In this document: piece after piece, positions 7,486-17,863 of the stretch
Layout of the letters: each line of letters begins with the position of its first letter
How positions within the stretch are numbered: the first letter of the stretch is position 1
Made by a program: the position numbers and the translations under genes
DNA from: Candidatus Omnitrophota bacterium
GTDB taxonomy: Bacteria > Omnitrophota > Gorgyraeia > VGKH01 > JBHPFN01
Length of the DNA: 64,000 nucleotides
Direction of reading: 5' to 3'
NCBI GenBank assembly: GCA_042571725.1
Contig: JBHPFN010000001.1
Span: 71,218 to 135,217 of the forward strand
Notes under the pieces: model-generated
The model's database searches: none
What the model was told of the DNA's origin: nothing
What the model saw: the letters and a program-made list of their open reading frames with translations, nothing else

Positions 7486-8796
7486 TTAATCGGTGAGCGT
7501 AAACATAAGGTCTGCTTCAGCAACAACCTTATCCTCTACCTTTGCCTGAGTATGTACTTGCCCGGTGCGGGTGCGCATCTTAATCACCTCTACCTCTAAT
7601 ACAAGCTGATCTCCGGGGACAACAGGCTTGCGGAATTTGATATTGTTTGCGGCAATAAAGTAAGCGATTTTTCCCAGATGTTTTTCTTGCGAAAGCATCA
7701 ACACCCCGCCTACCTGCGCCATAGCTTCAATCATGAGCACCCCCGGCATCACAGGCCGGGTGGGAAAATGCCCGGTAAAGAAATTATCATTAATGGTTAC
7801 GTTCTTGATGCCTACGGCACGCTTACCTTCCTCTATAGAAATAATCCTATCTACAAGTAAAAATGGATAGCGATGTGGTAACACCTTCATAATGGTACTG
7901 ATGTCCATCTCTTTGCCTTTATGCACGTAGGTAGAGGCGATTCCGCTTGCTTCAAATCGTTTCTTCTGCTCAGCCAGTTTCTGCATCACGCGAAGGTTAA
8001 GCGCGTGGCCGCTTTTTAACGCAACCACGTGTCCCTTAATCGGCATACCTAAAAGATAAAAATCTCCAATCAGATCTAAAATCTTATGGCGTGCGAATTC
8101 GTCTTCTTTCCTGAGTTCGTTCTCAAGAATCTTGTCTTTTGAAACCACCAGGGTATTTTTGTAGTTTGCACCCTTGCCTAAACCTAAACCTCTAAGTTCT
8201 TCTACCTCATCTTCCAGACAAAATGTCCTGAATGAAGCGATTTCTTTTTCAAAACTATCAGGGTTGATTTCGATATCAAGATGTTGAGACCTCATTACGG
8301 GGTGATTATAACTTAAGGTATAAGAGACTCTAAACGACTTATGCGGCAGCACCGCTAAAGATGCCTCTTTATCATGAGCCCAAACTGGCTCTCTTACTAC
8401 AAAAGAATTGCGCTGAGCCTCTTGCTGTGTTAGCCCTGCTTTTTTAAGGGCTTCTACGTACGCAAGGCCGCTTCCGTCTAAACCAGGGGCTTCATTATTA
8501 TTCATCTCAATAAGAGCATTGTCTATGCCCAAACCGTTGAGCGCTGCCATAAGATGTTCAATGGTATGAATCTCAAAACCGTTTTTACCGACCGATGTTC
8601 GCCTGGCCATGCGGGCTTCATCGAGAAGGTTTCCTACATCTGCTTTTACGCACGGCTTATCGGGTAAGTCGACACGGACAAACGTAATGCCAGTATTGAC
8701 CTCGGCGGGTAGAAGCCGCACCTTCACCCGATTTCCTGTATGCAAGCCAACGCCTTCAATGTCAATGTGCTTGTTGATTGTATTTTGGAATTCCAT
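7486..8796 (-). CDS. lpxC/fabZ: Bifunctional UDP-3-O-acyl-GlcNAc deacetylase / 3-hydroxyacyl-ACP dehydratase (LpxC-FabZ fusion)
   Basis: N-terminal LpxC motifs (HTIEHL). C-terminal FabZ hot-dog fold (HFPTRPVMPGVL). Confidence 0.85.
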   Translation of the reverse strand: MEFQNTINKHIDIEGVGLHTGNRVKVRLLPAEVNTGITFVRVDLPDKPCVKADVGNLLDEARMARRTSVGKNGFEIHTIEHLMAALNGLGIDNALIEMNNNEAPGLDGSGLAYVEALKKAGLTQQEAQRNSFVVREPVWAHDKEASLAVLPHKSFRVSYTLSYNHPVMRSQHLDIEINPDSFEKEIASFRTFCLEDEVEELRGLGLGKGANYKNTLVVSKDKILENELRKEDEFARHKILDLIGDFYLLGMPIKGHVVALKSGHALNLRVMQKLAEQKKRFEASGIASTYVHKGKEMDISTIMKVLPHRYPFLLVDRIISIEEGKRAVGIKNVTINDNFFTGHFPTRPVMPGVLMIEAMAQVGGVLMLSQEKHLGKIAYFIAANNIKFRKPVVPGDQLVLEVEVIKMRTRTGQVHTQAKVEDKVVAEADLMFTLTD

Positions 8797-8798
8797 AG

Positions 8799-9836
8799 TT
8801 ATTTTTTGTTTGATTTTTTTTCGAGCGCTTCTACTTTCTTTTTAAGCTCATCGATAACCTTATATAGGTCCGGGAGCCTCTGAACGCAGGCATTCACGCG
8901 CTTTGCGATATGGTGTGGCTTAGCGGGATAACCTGAAACCATAGTATTGGCGGGGACAGATTTTATTACACCGCCTTGTGCCGCAACGATTGCATTGTCT
9001 CCGATTTTAATATGTCCTACTAACCCTGCTTGTCCGGCAAGGGTAACGCTGCTGCCAAGTTCGGTACTGCCTGAGACGCCTGCCTGTGCAACGATAATAC
9101 AGTTCTTTCCAGTAATCACATTGTGGGCAATTTGAACGAGGTTGTCTATTTTAGTCCCTGCTCCAATAATTGTCTTATCAAACCGGGCACGATCAATCGT
9201 CACGTTCGCACCTATCTCTACATTATCCTCGATAATTACAGTTCCTATCTGCGGTATTTTCTTATGTACTCCGTTAACAGAGGCATAGCCAAAACCTTCC
9301 GAGCCGATTACCGTGCCGCTCTGTATCTCAACCCTATCTCCTATACTGACGTATTCTCTAATAGAAATATTAGGATACAATAAACACTCTTTACCGATTA
9401 TGGTGTTGTGTCCTACGTAGCAGCCTCCGTAGATAATCGTATTGTCTCCGATTGAACAATTATCTTCTACTATGGTGTGCGCGCCGACAGAAACATTTTT
9501 TCCAAGCGTTACTGTATCTGCAATAACTGCAGTAGAATGAATCCCTTGCGGGTGCTTAATCTCTCTAGGTGTCATAAAGGAAATCATTTTCGCAAATGCC
9601 AATGAAGGATTGTCAGTGCGCACAATCGGTTTAGGCGCAGATGTAACATCGCGCGAGGTAATAATTGCGGAGGCCTTTGTTTGATTTAACAGAGGCATGT
9701 ATTTAGAGTTCGCCACAAAAGTGATATCTCCCTCTTGGGCCTCTTTTATCCCACAGACACCCGTAATTACGGTGTTTCCGTCGCCAACTACTTCACCTTC
9801 GATAAGCTTGGCAATATCTCTTAAGGGTTTTTGCAT
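8799..9836 (-). CDS. lpxD: UDP-3-O-(3-hydroxyacyl)glucosamine N-acyltransferase
   Basis: Left-handed beta-helix hexapeptide repeats. LpxD-like N-terminus. Position between skp and lpxC. Confidence 0.85.
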   Translation of the reverse strand: MQKPLRDIAKLIEGEVVGDGNTVITGVCGIKEAQEGDITFVANSKYMPLLNQTKASAIITSRDVTSAPKPIVRTDNPSLAFAKMISFMTPREIKHPQGIHSTAVIADTVTLGKNVSVGAHTIVEDNCSIGDNTIIYGGCYVGHNTIIGKECLLYPNISIREYVSIGDRVEIQSGTVIGSEGFGYASVNGVHKKIPQIGTVIIEDNVEIGANVTIDRARFDKTIIGAGTKIDNLVQIAHNVITGKNCIIVAQAGVSGSTELGSSVTLAGQAGLVGHIKIGDNAIVAAQGGVIKSVPANTMVSGYPAKPHHIAKRVNACVQRLPDLYKVIDELKKKVEALEKKSNKK

Positions 9837-9851
9837 AGTGAGCCGGTATTA

Positions 9852-10361
9852 CTACTTGTTATATTTTTCGTTAACTACTTCAATAAGCTGTTCGGTCACA
9901 TCTAACGCAGGATTACCATAGAGCAAAACGCGGTCATTAAGAATGAGCGTGTAATTGCCTTTCTCCGCGAATTCATTGATTGCATCTTGAATCTCGTTTA
10001 AAATCTCTTTGAGAAAATCATCCCGCTCTTTCCGTAAATCCATGGTCGCATCACGATCAAAATTTTCTAAATTAGCGAGCTCTTCTTCTATCTTACTTTG
10101 CGTCTTTTCTTTCTCTTGATCATTCAAAAGCGCCATCTTATCTTGCAGACCTTTTATTTCTTTTACCTTCTTTTCTCGCTCTTGCTGTTTTACCTCGCGT
10201 TTTTTCTCCAAATCTTTATCGTACTTTTCAGTCTTCTTATAGGAATCAAAAACGCGGCTTAAATCAACATACGCAACCTTGCCTTCTTCTGCTTGGACGT
10301 GAGAAGACCATGCGCACAACAACGCCAAAACCATACCTACTAAAATAACTGTTCTTTTCAA
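9852..10361 (-). CDS. skp: OmpH/Skp periplasmic chaperone
   Basis: Signal peptide plus a coiled-coil K/E-rich 169-aa protein between bamA and lpxD. Confidence 0.7.
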   Translation of the reverse strand: MKRTVILVGMVLALLCAWSSHVQAEEGKVAYVDLSRVFDSYKKTEKYDKDLEKKREVKQQEREKKVKEIKGLQDKMALLNDQEKEKTQSKIEEELANLENFDRDATMDLRKERDDFLKEILNEIQDAINEFAEKGNYTLILNDRVLLYGNPALDVTEQLIEVVNEKYNK

Positions 10362-10390
10362 AATTCCCTCCTTATTTTGTTTAAAATTGT

Positions 10391-12685
10391 TTAAAACCCG
10401 TGACTAACGCTAAAATAGAGCTTTCCCTCTTTCTCCTCTTCTCCTGGTTCATCATTTAAAGGAAAGCCGTAATCGAGCCTGATCGGTCCAATGGGAGTCT
10501 TCACACGAAGCCCTAACCCTACACCTGCTTTGAACCCACCGTCTCCTAATTGATTAACATCTGGCCAAACATTACCAATATCATAAAATGCGGCTACACG
10601 TATAAATTCTATTAAAGGAACCGTATACTCTATGTTTCCCACCATAATAGATTTTCCGCCAATAGGATCTTCTGAAACAGGATCGATAGGACCGACTTTT
10701 CTCTCGTTATACCCGCGAATTGTGTAAGCACCACCTGCAAAGAATCGCTCGTAAATAGGCACGTCATCGGAATCGTCAAACGCATCAACTACGCCGACGC
10801 GGCCGCGAAACTCCAACACTGAGCCGAAAGGACAAGGAATATTATAGCTGCCCCTTAAGATATATTTCGTAAAATCTTTATCAAACCCAAAAGGACCACC
10901 GGCAACCTCTGCATAGGCACTTACAACATACCCTTTAGTCGGGTCAAAAATATTATCTCGCTTATCAAGGGTAAGTGTCGTTCCTATGCTGCTAATGGTA
11001 TTTGTGCCGATCTCCTTTTTAAGCTCACTGGTTGATTCGTCGGTAACGTTAGAAATTTTAATTTCTTCTAATTTATACATAAGGTCCCCGCGCAGATACT
11101 CCGTAAGCTCTTTTCCGAAGCGGACATCGCCGCCCTGTCTCTGTTCGTCGAATCCGTAGCCTATGTCGCTTTCTCTCTTGTGGACCTTTTTATACGCATC
11201 GAAGCCGAATGAAAGAGGATAATCTAAAAACCACGGCTCGGTCCAGCTCAAAAGAAAATTCTCCCGCACGGTTCCCAGCTCTGCACGCAGCACCAAATCT
11301 TGCCCGTCACCGGTAAAGGTTGGCCATTTCTTAAAATCGAAATTTCTCTGCCGAATCTCAACGAACCCTACAAACTCATCAATAGTGCTATAGCCTCCAC
11401 CGAAACTGAACTCGCCGGTTTTTGTCTCTTTTATCTCAACCATAAGATTTTTCTTATCCGGAGTACTGCCTTCAACAATGTCATAGTTTATCTCTTCAAA
11501 AAAACCTAGGTTTCGAAGCCGCTCTTTACTGCGGCGAAGCTTCTCTCCATCAAATCTTTCTCCGGGCTGAATACGTAGTTCACGCCGAATTACGACATCT
11601 TTGGTTTTTGTATTACCAACTATATTAATCCTATCGACGTAAGCGATATCACCTTCTTTGATGGTAAATGTAATATCAATTTTCCCCGTGACGGGATCAA
11701 TAGAGGTTGCCTCAAAAACTTGTGCGAAGATGTATCCTTTATCAAAGTAAAGGCTTTGAATATACGCGCTATCGACCTGGATCTTTGCGTAGCTAAATGC
11801 GCTGCCGGGAATCGATTCCTGTAGTGCCCCGCGTATCGCTGCCTCATCGACTACTTCGTTTCCGATAATAAACACTTCTCCCACGGTATACTTACTACCT
11901 TCAGTAATAGTAATCGTAATATGAATGCTTCCTTTTTCCTTAGTCTCAAGAGAATGGTCAACGATAACATCAAGATAGCCCTCGAACTGATAAAATGCCT
12001 TTAACCGCGCCAAATCGTCATCTAGAACCTCCTCTTTGAATACCCCGGAGGTAAACAGCGAATCGGCCCGTGTCTTTATCAATTTCATCAGCCGTTTTGA
12101 TGTAAATGCTTCGTTGCCTTGGAAGAAAATTTTTGTAATGCGCTTCTTTATTTTCTCTTCAATAACAAATACTACCTCTGCTCTGTTGCTTTGTGAATCA
12201 ACCGTTGAATCGGGAGTAATGCTGACGTCAGAAAAACCCCGTTTTTGGTATTCGTTCTTTATCTGCTTAACATCGTCTCCTATTTTCTGCTCGTCAAAAA
12301 ACTCACCCTTTTTTGAAGCAATAAGCATCCTTAGCTTTCTTTCGTTGAGATGTCGCTGCCCGGTAAAGGTAATCGAGTCAATAATAGGTTTTTCTATAAC
12401 AATAAAAATGACCCTAAAACCATCCTTATGGTCTTCACGATCAACGCTGACATCGCTAAAATAACCCGTATTAAACAACCTGTTGAGGTCTTCGCTGATA
12501 ATGTTCTGAGAATAGATTTGCCCAACGCGTGTTTTTATCTTCGAAACGATGGTGGTAACGCTAATGGTCTGATTGCCGCGAACATCAATGGCCGTGACCT
12601 GCTTGGAAGTTTCTTGCTGAGCAAATACATTGCAGGTAACGCAAAGAATGGATATCAATACCAGAAACGATGAAATTTTTTTCAT
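10391..12685 (-). CDS. bamA: Outer membrane protein assembly factor BamA
   Basis: POTRA repeats and C-terminal beta-barrel ending in F. Start refined to MKKISSF (12685) with a signal peptide; the ORF-track start at 12778 is probably an upstream extension. Confidence 0.8.
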   Translation of the reverse strand: MKKISSFLVLISILCVTCNVFAQQETSKQVTAIDVRGNQTISVTTIVSKIKTRVGQIYSQNIISEDLNRLFNTGYFSDVSVDREDHKDGFRVIFIVIEKPIIDSITFTGQRHLNERKLRMLIASKKGEFFDEQKIGDDVKQIKNEYQKRGFSDVSITPDSTVDSQSNRAEVVFVIEEKIKKRITKIFFQGNEAFTSKRLMKLIKTRADSLFTSGVFKEEVLDDDLARLKAFYQFEGYLDVIVDHSLETKEKGSIHITITITEGSKYTVGEVFIIGNEVVDEAAIRGALQESIPGSAFSYAKIQVDSAYIQSLYFDKGYIFAQVFEATSIDPVTGKIDITFTIKEGDIAYVDRINIVGNTKTKDVVIRRELRIQPGERFDGEKLRRSKERLRNLGFFEEINYDIVEGSTPDKKNLMVEIKETKTGEFSFGGGYSTIDEFVGFVEIRQRNFDFKKWPTFTGDGQDLVLRAELGTVRENFLLSWTEPWFLDYPLSFGFDAYKKVHKRESDIGYGFDEQRQGGDVRFGKELTEYLRGDLMYKLEEIKISNVTDESTSELKKEIGTNTISSIGTTLTLDKRDNIFDPTKGYVVSAYAEVAGGPFGFDKDFTKYILRGSYNIPCPFGSVLEFRGRVGVVDAFDDSDDVPIYERFFAGGAYTIRGYNERKVGPIDPVSEDPIGGKSIMVGNIEYTVPLIEFIRVAAFYDIGNVWPDVNQLGDGGFKAGVGLGLRVKTPIGPIRLDYGFPLNDEPGEEEKEGKLYFSVSHGF

Positions 12686-12731
12686 ATCTTTCTCTCTTCT
12701 TTTGAAAAAATAATTCACAATACGCATTACG

Positions 12732-14063
12732 CTATTCCGTAAATGATAAGTTTTCAAACCGCATGTATTCCCGAACAAACGTCAGCTTCAGCGAACCCAC
12801 CGGACCGTTTCTCTGTTTAGCGATAATTACTTCTGCCAAACCTTTATTTTCTTCCGTAGGATTATAGTACTCCTCCCGAAGCAACAATACGACTAAATCT
12901 GCATCCTGCTCAATAGCACCTGATTCTCGTAAGTCAGACAGCTGCGGACGGTGATCTTGCCGAGATTCTACCGCGCGCGAGAGTTGGCTGATTGCAATAA
13001 TAGCGATATTAAGCTCCCTGGCCAATGCCTTCAGCGACCGGGAAATTTCTGAAATCTCTTGCTGTCTATTTTCTGTGCGAGCCGAACCCCTCATAAGCTG
13101 CAGGTAATCTACGACCAATAATTTGATATCTTGATGGGCTTTTAATCGTCGTGCCTTCGCGCGTAATTCCATGGCTGAAATCGCAGGGGTGTCATCAATA
13201 AAAATAGGCGCGTCAGAAAGTTTTCCTGCGGCTGCGGTTAGCCGAGGCCAATCAGAGGTAGATAAAAATCCGGATCGTACTTTATGGGCATCGACCTTTG
13301 CGTGAGAACAGAGCATCCTCTGCACAAGCTGCTCTTTGGACATCTCCAAGCTAAAAAATCCAACGGGTATCTTCTCGACGATTCCCGCATGTTCTGCCAT
13401 AGAAATTGCCAAGGCGCTCTTACCCATCGAAGGCCGGCCTGCAACAACCACCAAATCAGATGCCTGCAGACCTGCAGTGCGCATATCAAAATCTACAAAC
13501 CCGGTAGGAACACCGGTTACATGGGCCTTACGCTGATAGAGCTTATCAATGGTCTCGATGCTGTCTTTTATGATTTCTCTTACATGAACACACCCATTAT
13601 TTGATTTATGGTCGGTGATATTAAAGATTAACCGCTCTGATTTATCCAGCAGTTCCTCCATGTTGCCTTCGGCAGAATAGCTTTCGGTTACAATCTGAGT
13701 TGCATTGGAAATAAGTGAGCGCAGCATGCCTTTTTCTTTGACGATGCGGGCATAGTGCTGCACATTTGCAGCGGTAGGCACTGTTTCGGTAAGCGATGTC
13801 AAATACGCCACGCCGCCAATTGATTCAAGCTTTTTATTCTTCTTCAAAAGATCGGTAAGCGTGATTAAGTCAACGGCTTTATGCTCGTTGAAGAGCTGCA
13901 GCATCGCACTGTAGATTTGCCGGTGGGCATCCTTATAAAAAGAAGTATCATCCAAAAGCTCAATAGCATAGATGATAGCGTCTTCCTCAATCAGCATTGA
14001 GCCCAACACTGCTTTTTCTGCCTCAACGTTTTGTGGCGGGACTTTTAATTCCTCGTTACCCAT
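12732..14063 (-). CDS. dnaB: Replicative DNA helicase
   Basis: Walker A GRPSMGKSA. DnaB N- and C-terminal domain motifs. Confidence 0.9.
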   Translation of the reverse strand: MGNEELKVPPQNVEAEKAVLGSMLIEEDAIIYAIELLDDTSFYKDAHRQIYSAMLQLFNEHKAVDLITLTDLLKKNKKLESIGGVAYLTSLTETVPTAANVQHYARIVKEKGMLRSLISNATQIVTESYSAEGNMEELLDKSERLIFNITDHKSNNGCVHVREIIKDSIETIDKLYQRKAHVTGVPTGFVDFDMRTAGLQASDLVVVAGRPSMGKSALAISMAEHAGIVEKIPVGFFSLEMSKEQLVQRMLCSHAKVDAHKVRSGFLSTSDWPRLTAAAGKLSDAPIFIDDTPAISAMELRAKARRLKAHQDIKLLVVDYLQLMRGSARTENRQQEISEISRSLKALARELNIAIIAISQLSRAVESRQDHRPQLSDLRESGAIEQDADLVVLLLREEYYNPTEENKGLAEVIIAKQRNGPVGSLKLTFVREYMRFENLSFTE

Positions 14064-14491
14064 ACTCGAATTTTTGTAGTTACCTCTGGATGAAGTCGTA
14101 TTTCGACGTCATAAATACCCAGCGCCTTTATAGGCTGCTCCAAAAAAATAAGCTTACTATCAACGGTTATATTTTTTTCGGTTTCTAAAGCTGCGGCGAT
14201 ATCGGCTTCTGAGATGCTGCCGTAGAGTTGTTCCTCTTCATTTGCTTCTGCGGTAACCGTACAGGAAATACCTGAAATTTCTTCAGCAAGCTTCTGCAGC
14301 TTTCCCTTTTCTTTCTCCTGCATCAACACTTTGCGCTTCTTCTCTACCTCGATACGCTGCAAGTTCTCTGCATTGGCTTCACACGCAAAATCTCGAGGCA
14401 GAAGAAAATTTCTCGCATACCCGTCTTTTACCGATACAACCTCTCCTGCCTGACCAAGCTTTTTTATGTCTTTTTTTAAGATAACGTTCAT
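14045..14491 (-). CDS. rplI: 50S ribosomal protein L9
   Basis: MNVILKKDIKKLGQAGEVVSVKDGYARNFLLPR. Confidence 0.85.
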   Translation of the reverse strand: MNVILKKDIKKLGQAGEVVSVKDGYARNFLLPRDFACEANAENLQRIEVEKKRKVLMQEKEKGKLQKLAEEISGISCTVTAEANEEEQLYGSISEADIAAALETEKNITVDSKLIFLEQPIKALGIYDVEIRLHPEVTTKIRVWVTRN

Positions 14492-14552
14492 CGCATCACT
14501 CTCTTAGGTATGTATTTTATTGTAAAATTAAAAAGATTGCTTAACCGTGCCT

Positions 14553-14834
14553 CTATAGTCTTATGTAAGGCAGGAGCCCTAAAAACCGAGCGCGTTTAAT
14601 TGCCTCGCATACTTTCCTCTGGTGTTTGGCGCAATTTCCTGAGAGGCGCCGAGATACAATCTTTCCGCGACCGGTCATAAATCTCTGAAGTCTGTTGATG
14701 TCTTTATAATCAACGGTTTTTAATTTCTCAACACAAAATTTGCAGACTTTTTTTCTAAACTCTCTTGGTAAAAGATCAGCCTTTTTTCTAAACTCGCCTC
14801 TCTTACCTTGATCTCTATCCTTCATTTTTCTCAT
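14553..14834 (-). CDS. rpsR: 30S ribosomal protein S18
   Basis: Conserved S18 core ...RFMTGRGKI... Confidence 0.85.
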   Translation of the reverse strand: MRKMKDRDQGKRGEFRKKADLLPREFRKKVCKFCVEKLKTVDYKDINRLQRFMTGRGKIVSRRLSGNCAKHQRKVCEAIKRARFLGLLPYIRL

Positions 14835-15303
14835 TCAAATCCTCCTGCCAACTTGTATCTTCCTCGGGTAAGCGTGCTGCTTTTTCTCCATCCGTATTTG
14901 TCTTTGTTTGGTAGCTCTCGGAATTATCCTGAGGCAACCCCGGAGATTGCGCGCTGCGGCCAGCTCCTTGAGAAGCAGAACCTAAAAACTGTACGCGTTC
15001 AGCACGAACCTCTATCACGTTACGCTTTTGACCGTCGGGAGTATCCCACGACCGCGACTGAAGCCTGCCCTCAATAAATACGGGACGACCTTTAGAGAGA
15101 TACTGGTTACAGACCTCTGCTTGCCTATCCCAGGCGACTGCAGTAATAAAACAGGTCTCCTCCTTATTCTCTCCCGATTTATCTTTAAATCTGCGGTTGA
15201 CCGCCAAACGCAAATTTACTACCGCGGTACCGTTGGGTGTATAGCGCAACTCCGGATCCCGCGTAAGATTCCCCATTAACAATACCTTGTTTAAATTTGC
15301 CAT
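14815..15303 (-). CDS. ssb: Single-stranded DNA-binding protein
   Basis: OB-fold N-terminus [25 protein letters not shown]. Acidic C-terminal tail. Confidence 0.85.
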   Translation of the reverse strand: MANLNKVLLMGNLTRDPELRYTPNGTAVVNLRLAVNRRFKDKSGENKEETCFITAVAWDRQAEVCNQYLSKGRPVFIEGRLQSRSWDTPDGQKRNVIEVRAERVQFLGSASQGAGRSAQSPGLPQDNSESYQTKTNTDGEKAARLPEEDTSWQEDLNEKNEG

Positions 15304-15336
15304 TGCATTCTCCTCTTTCTAAAATGTAGCCTACTT

Positions 15337-15618
15337 TTATCGCAGTATTAAAACCCTCAAAATATTATCGTTTAATTTCCAGGCCTGCTTAATCTTTATC
15401 ACCGCAGCGGGAGCCAGGAGAAAATTAATCACATAGTAGAGCCCTTCATCGAACTTCCTTATCTTAAAAGTCATCCTATGCTTCTCAGCCCATACCTTCG
15501 AAGATTGTATTTCCCCTTGGTTCTTAGTGATTTGTTCTTCGATTTGCTGAAATACCTCAGTTCTGGTGTTTTCATTCAAATCGGGTCTAATAATTACCAT
15601 CGCTTCGTAGTTATTCAT
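15337..15618 (-). CDS. rpsF: 30S ribosomal protein S6
   Basis: MNNYEAMVIIRPDL... Part of the rpsF-ssb-rpsR operon. Confidence 0.85.
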   Translation of the reverse strand: MNNYEAMVIIRPDLNENTRTEVFQQIEEQITKNQGEIQSSKVWAEKHRMTFKIRKFDEGLYYVINFLLAPAAVIKIKQAWKLNDNILRVLILR

Positions 15619-15630
15619 CGTATCTTCCTC

Positions 15631-16194
15631 TTATCCTTCCTTCCTTTTAGAGAGCCAACTAAATAAATGAGTTTCTGCTTCTTCGATAATTTCTTCGATA
15701 TCCTGTTCTTCACTCTTTTTAAAATCAGTGAGTACGTATTCTTTTACGTCGTCTTTGCTTTCGGGCCTTCCTATTCCGATTTTAAGCCTGGCAAATTCTC
15801 GAGTATGCAGCGAATTGATAATAGATGCGAGACCTCGGTGACCTCCATCGCTACCGGATAAACGAAGTCTGATTTTACCGAATTCCAAATCGATATCATC
15901 GCAGACGACGAGTACATCTTCGGCGCTGATCTTTTTTGTTTTCAGTATCCGCGCAACTGCCCTACCAGAAAGATTCATATAGGTAGTCGGCAACACAAGC
16001 AGTAGCGCAGATTCCTCAAGAGCGCTGTGTGCAAGCAAACTTGAAAAGAACAAGCTCTTTTTGAATCTCACAGCGTTTTTGGCAGCTATGCTTCGAACAA
16101 CGCGATATCCTATGTTATGCCGATTGTACTGATATTTCTTTCCCGGGTTGCCCAGTCCAACAATCGCTTTCAATGAACGTCTATTTTTTGTCAC
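15631..16194 (-). CDS. pth: Peptidyl-tRNA hydrolase
   Basis: LKAIVGLGNPGKKYQYNRHNIGY motif. Confidence 0.85.
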   Translation of the reverse strand: MTKNRRSLKAIVGLGNPGKKYQYNRHNIGYRVVRSIAAKNAVRFKKSLFFSSLLAHSALEESALLLVLPTTYMNLSGRAVARILKTKKISAEDVLVVCDDIDLEFGKIRLRLSGSDGGHRGLASIINSLHTREFARLKIGIGRPESKDDVKEYVLTDFKKSEEQDIEEIIEEAETHLFSWLSKRKEG

Positions 16195-16906
16195 CCTTAT
16201 CTTCTTGTTTTTCTGGCTTTTGTTTTTCTGGTTTTTCCTCTGCGGCTTCTCCCTCAGCAGACTCTTTCTTTTCTTTAATTACCTCAGGCTCAGTCGCAGC
16301 TGCCTCTTCGCCTTCTGCGGGCACTTCTTCTACCTTTCTCGGAGGAATAACCGAAAGCACCACCGCTTCCACATCCTGTTTTACCTTAATGCCGTCAGGA
16401 ATGGTTAGATCCTTAACATGAATGGCATCGCCTATCTTTAATTCGCTTACGTTTACTTCAAATTTTTCCGGTATCTGGGTCGGAAGGCACTCGATTTCTA
16501 GCTCCCAGATATTATGCTCAAGGGACCCATCCTCTTGTTTAACGCCAATGGGCTCACCTTTGGCTTCGATAGGAACTTTTACGGTGATCACCTTTGTTAG
16601 AGAAATCTGATTGAAGTCGATATGCAGGATTTCATCAGTAACCGGGTCGAGCTGCATCTCTTTAATAATAACCGTTCTGTCTTTTTCTTTTTTTGCATCA
16701 GACTGAATCGATAATGAAATAATAATATTTTCACTATGCTGACTATGCAGCAAATGAATAAAGCTTTTCCTGTCGATTTTTACGGATGCGGCTTTTTTGC
16801 CCTCTCCGTAAACAACGCCTGGAATAAAACCTTGTTTACGTAACGCATTTACTTTGTTTTTTCCTGCTTCTTCTCGTGATTGCACTGTTAACTGTATCTC
16901 GTCCAT
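16181..16906 (-). CDS. rplY: 50S ribosomal protein L25 / general stress protein Ctc
   Basis: N-terminal L25 domain. Acidic/lysine-rich C-terminal tail. Confidence 0.8.
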   Translation of the reverse strand: MDEIQLTVQSREEAGKNKVNALRKQGFIPGVVYGEGKKAASVKIDRKSFIHLLHSQHSENIIISLSIQSDAKKEKDRTVIIKEMQLDPVTDEILHIDFNQISLTKVITVKVPIEAKGEPIGVKQEDGSLEHNIWELEIECLPTQIPEKFEVNVSELKIGDAIHVKDLTIPDGIKVKQDVEAVVLSVIPPRKVEEVPAEGEEAAATEPEVIKEKKESAEGEAAEEKPEKQKPEKQEDKGDKK

Positions 16907-16921
16907 TTGCCTACGGCTCCT

Positions 16922-17863
16922 TTAATCAAATAAACAACTGATTGATTCTTCGTTATGTATCCTCTTTATCGCCTCGGCGAGAAGCCCGGCAATAGAGAGT
17001 ACCTTAATTTTTGGATGTCTCTTTTCATTGTCTAGCGGAATACTATCGGTAATAATGAGCTGCTTGAGCGATTTACAATTCTCAATATTTTCAATCGCAT
17101 TACCACAAAGCACGCCGTGAGAAATCGCAGCATAAATATCTTGCGCACCTTCTCTTTTTAATGCCTCTACTGCCTGAACAATCGAACTACCTGTTGCGAT
17201 TAAATCATCAGCCAGAATTATGTTTCTACCTTTAACGTTTCCTAAGATATGCATTGCCTCCGCTTCTTCCGGTGAACGACGACGCTTATCTACCAGGGCC
17301 AAACCTGCACCAAACCGTTTGGCGTAGGCGCGCGCCATTTTAATGCTGCCAACATCTGGTCCAACAATAGTAAGTTTCTTTAATCCTTTGATTTTTTTGA
17401 AATAGTCAACAAAGACATTAACGGCGTATAAATGATCGAGGGGAATATCGAAAAATCCTTGAATTTGTCCCGCATGTAAATCCATCGTCAAAACCCTATC
17501 TGCCCCTGCGGTAGTAAGTAGATTAGCGACTAATTTTGCAGTAATAGGGACTCGCGGTTGATCTTTGCGGTCTTGACGGGCATAGCCAAAATAAGGCACA
17601 ACGGCGGTGATTCTTTGAGCTGAAGCGCGTCGTAAGGCATCGAGCATAATCAAAAGCTCCATGAGGTTTTCATTCGGAGGAGGCGATGTCGGTTGAACGA
17701 GAAAGACATCTTTGCCTCTGACGTTATCGTTGATTTTGATACGGATTTCTCCTTCGCTGAAACGCGCCACAAACGCCTTGGAGAGATTAATCTTTAACTC
17801 TCTCGATATCGCTCTCGCCAGCTTCACATTCGCATTTCCAGAAAATATAGCTAGTTTATTCAT
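16922..17863 (-). CDS. prs: Ribose-phosphate pyrophosphokinase
   Basis: PRPP synthetase motifs. Position in the glmU-prs-ctc-pth cluster. Confidence 0.9.
   Translation of the reverse strand: MNKLAIFSGNANVKLARAISRELKINLSKAFVARFSEGEIRIKINDNVRGKDVFLVQPTSPPPNENLMELLIMLDALRRASAQRITAVVPYFGYARQDRKDQPRVPITAKLVANLLTTAGADRVLTMDLHAGQIQGFFDIPLDHLYAVNVFVDYFKKIKGLKKLTIVGPDVGSIKMARAYAKRFGAGLALVDKRRRSPEEAEAMHILGNVKGRNIILADDLIATGSSIVQAVEALKREGAQDIYAAISHGVLCGNAIENIENCKSLKQLIITDSIPLDNEKRHPKIKVLSIAGLLAEAIKRIHNEESISCLFD

Noticed and set aside
7486-8796. The LpxC-FabZ fusion as a novelty
   Set aside because: Bifunctional LpxC/FabZ proteins are already annotated in several bacterial lineages. I noted it as a feature, not a finding.
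12686-12778. N-terminal extensions in the ORF track for bamA (also glyA at 61911-61943 and the lipoprotein at 48873-48902)
   Set aside because: Internal Met codons directly precede clear signal peptides or conserved N-termini (MKKISSF, MKHLKQ, MKYCIY). The upstream extensions add unusual K/R-rich or non-conserved residues, so I used the shorter starts.
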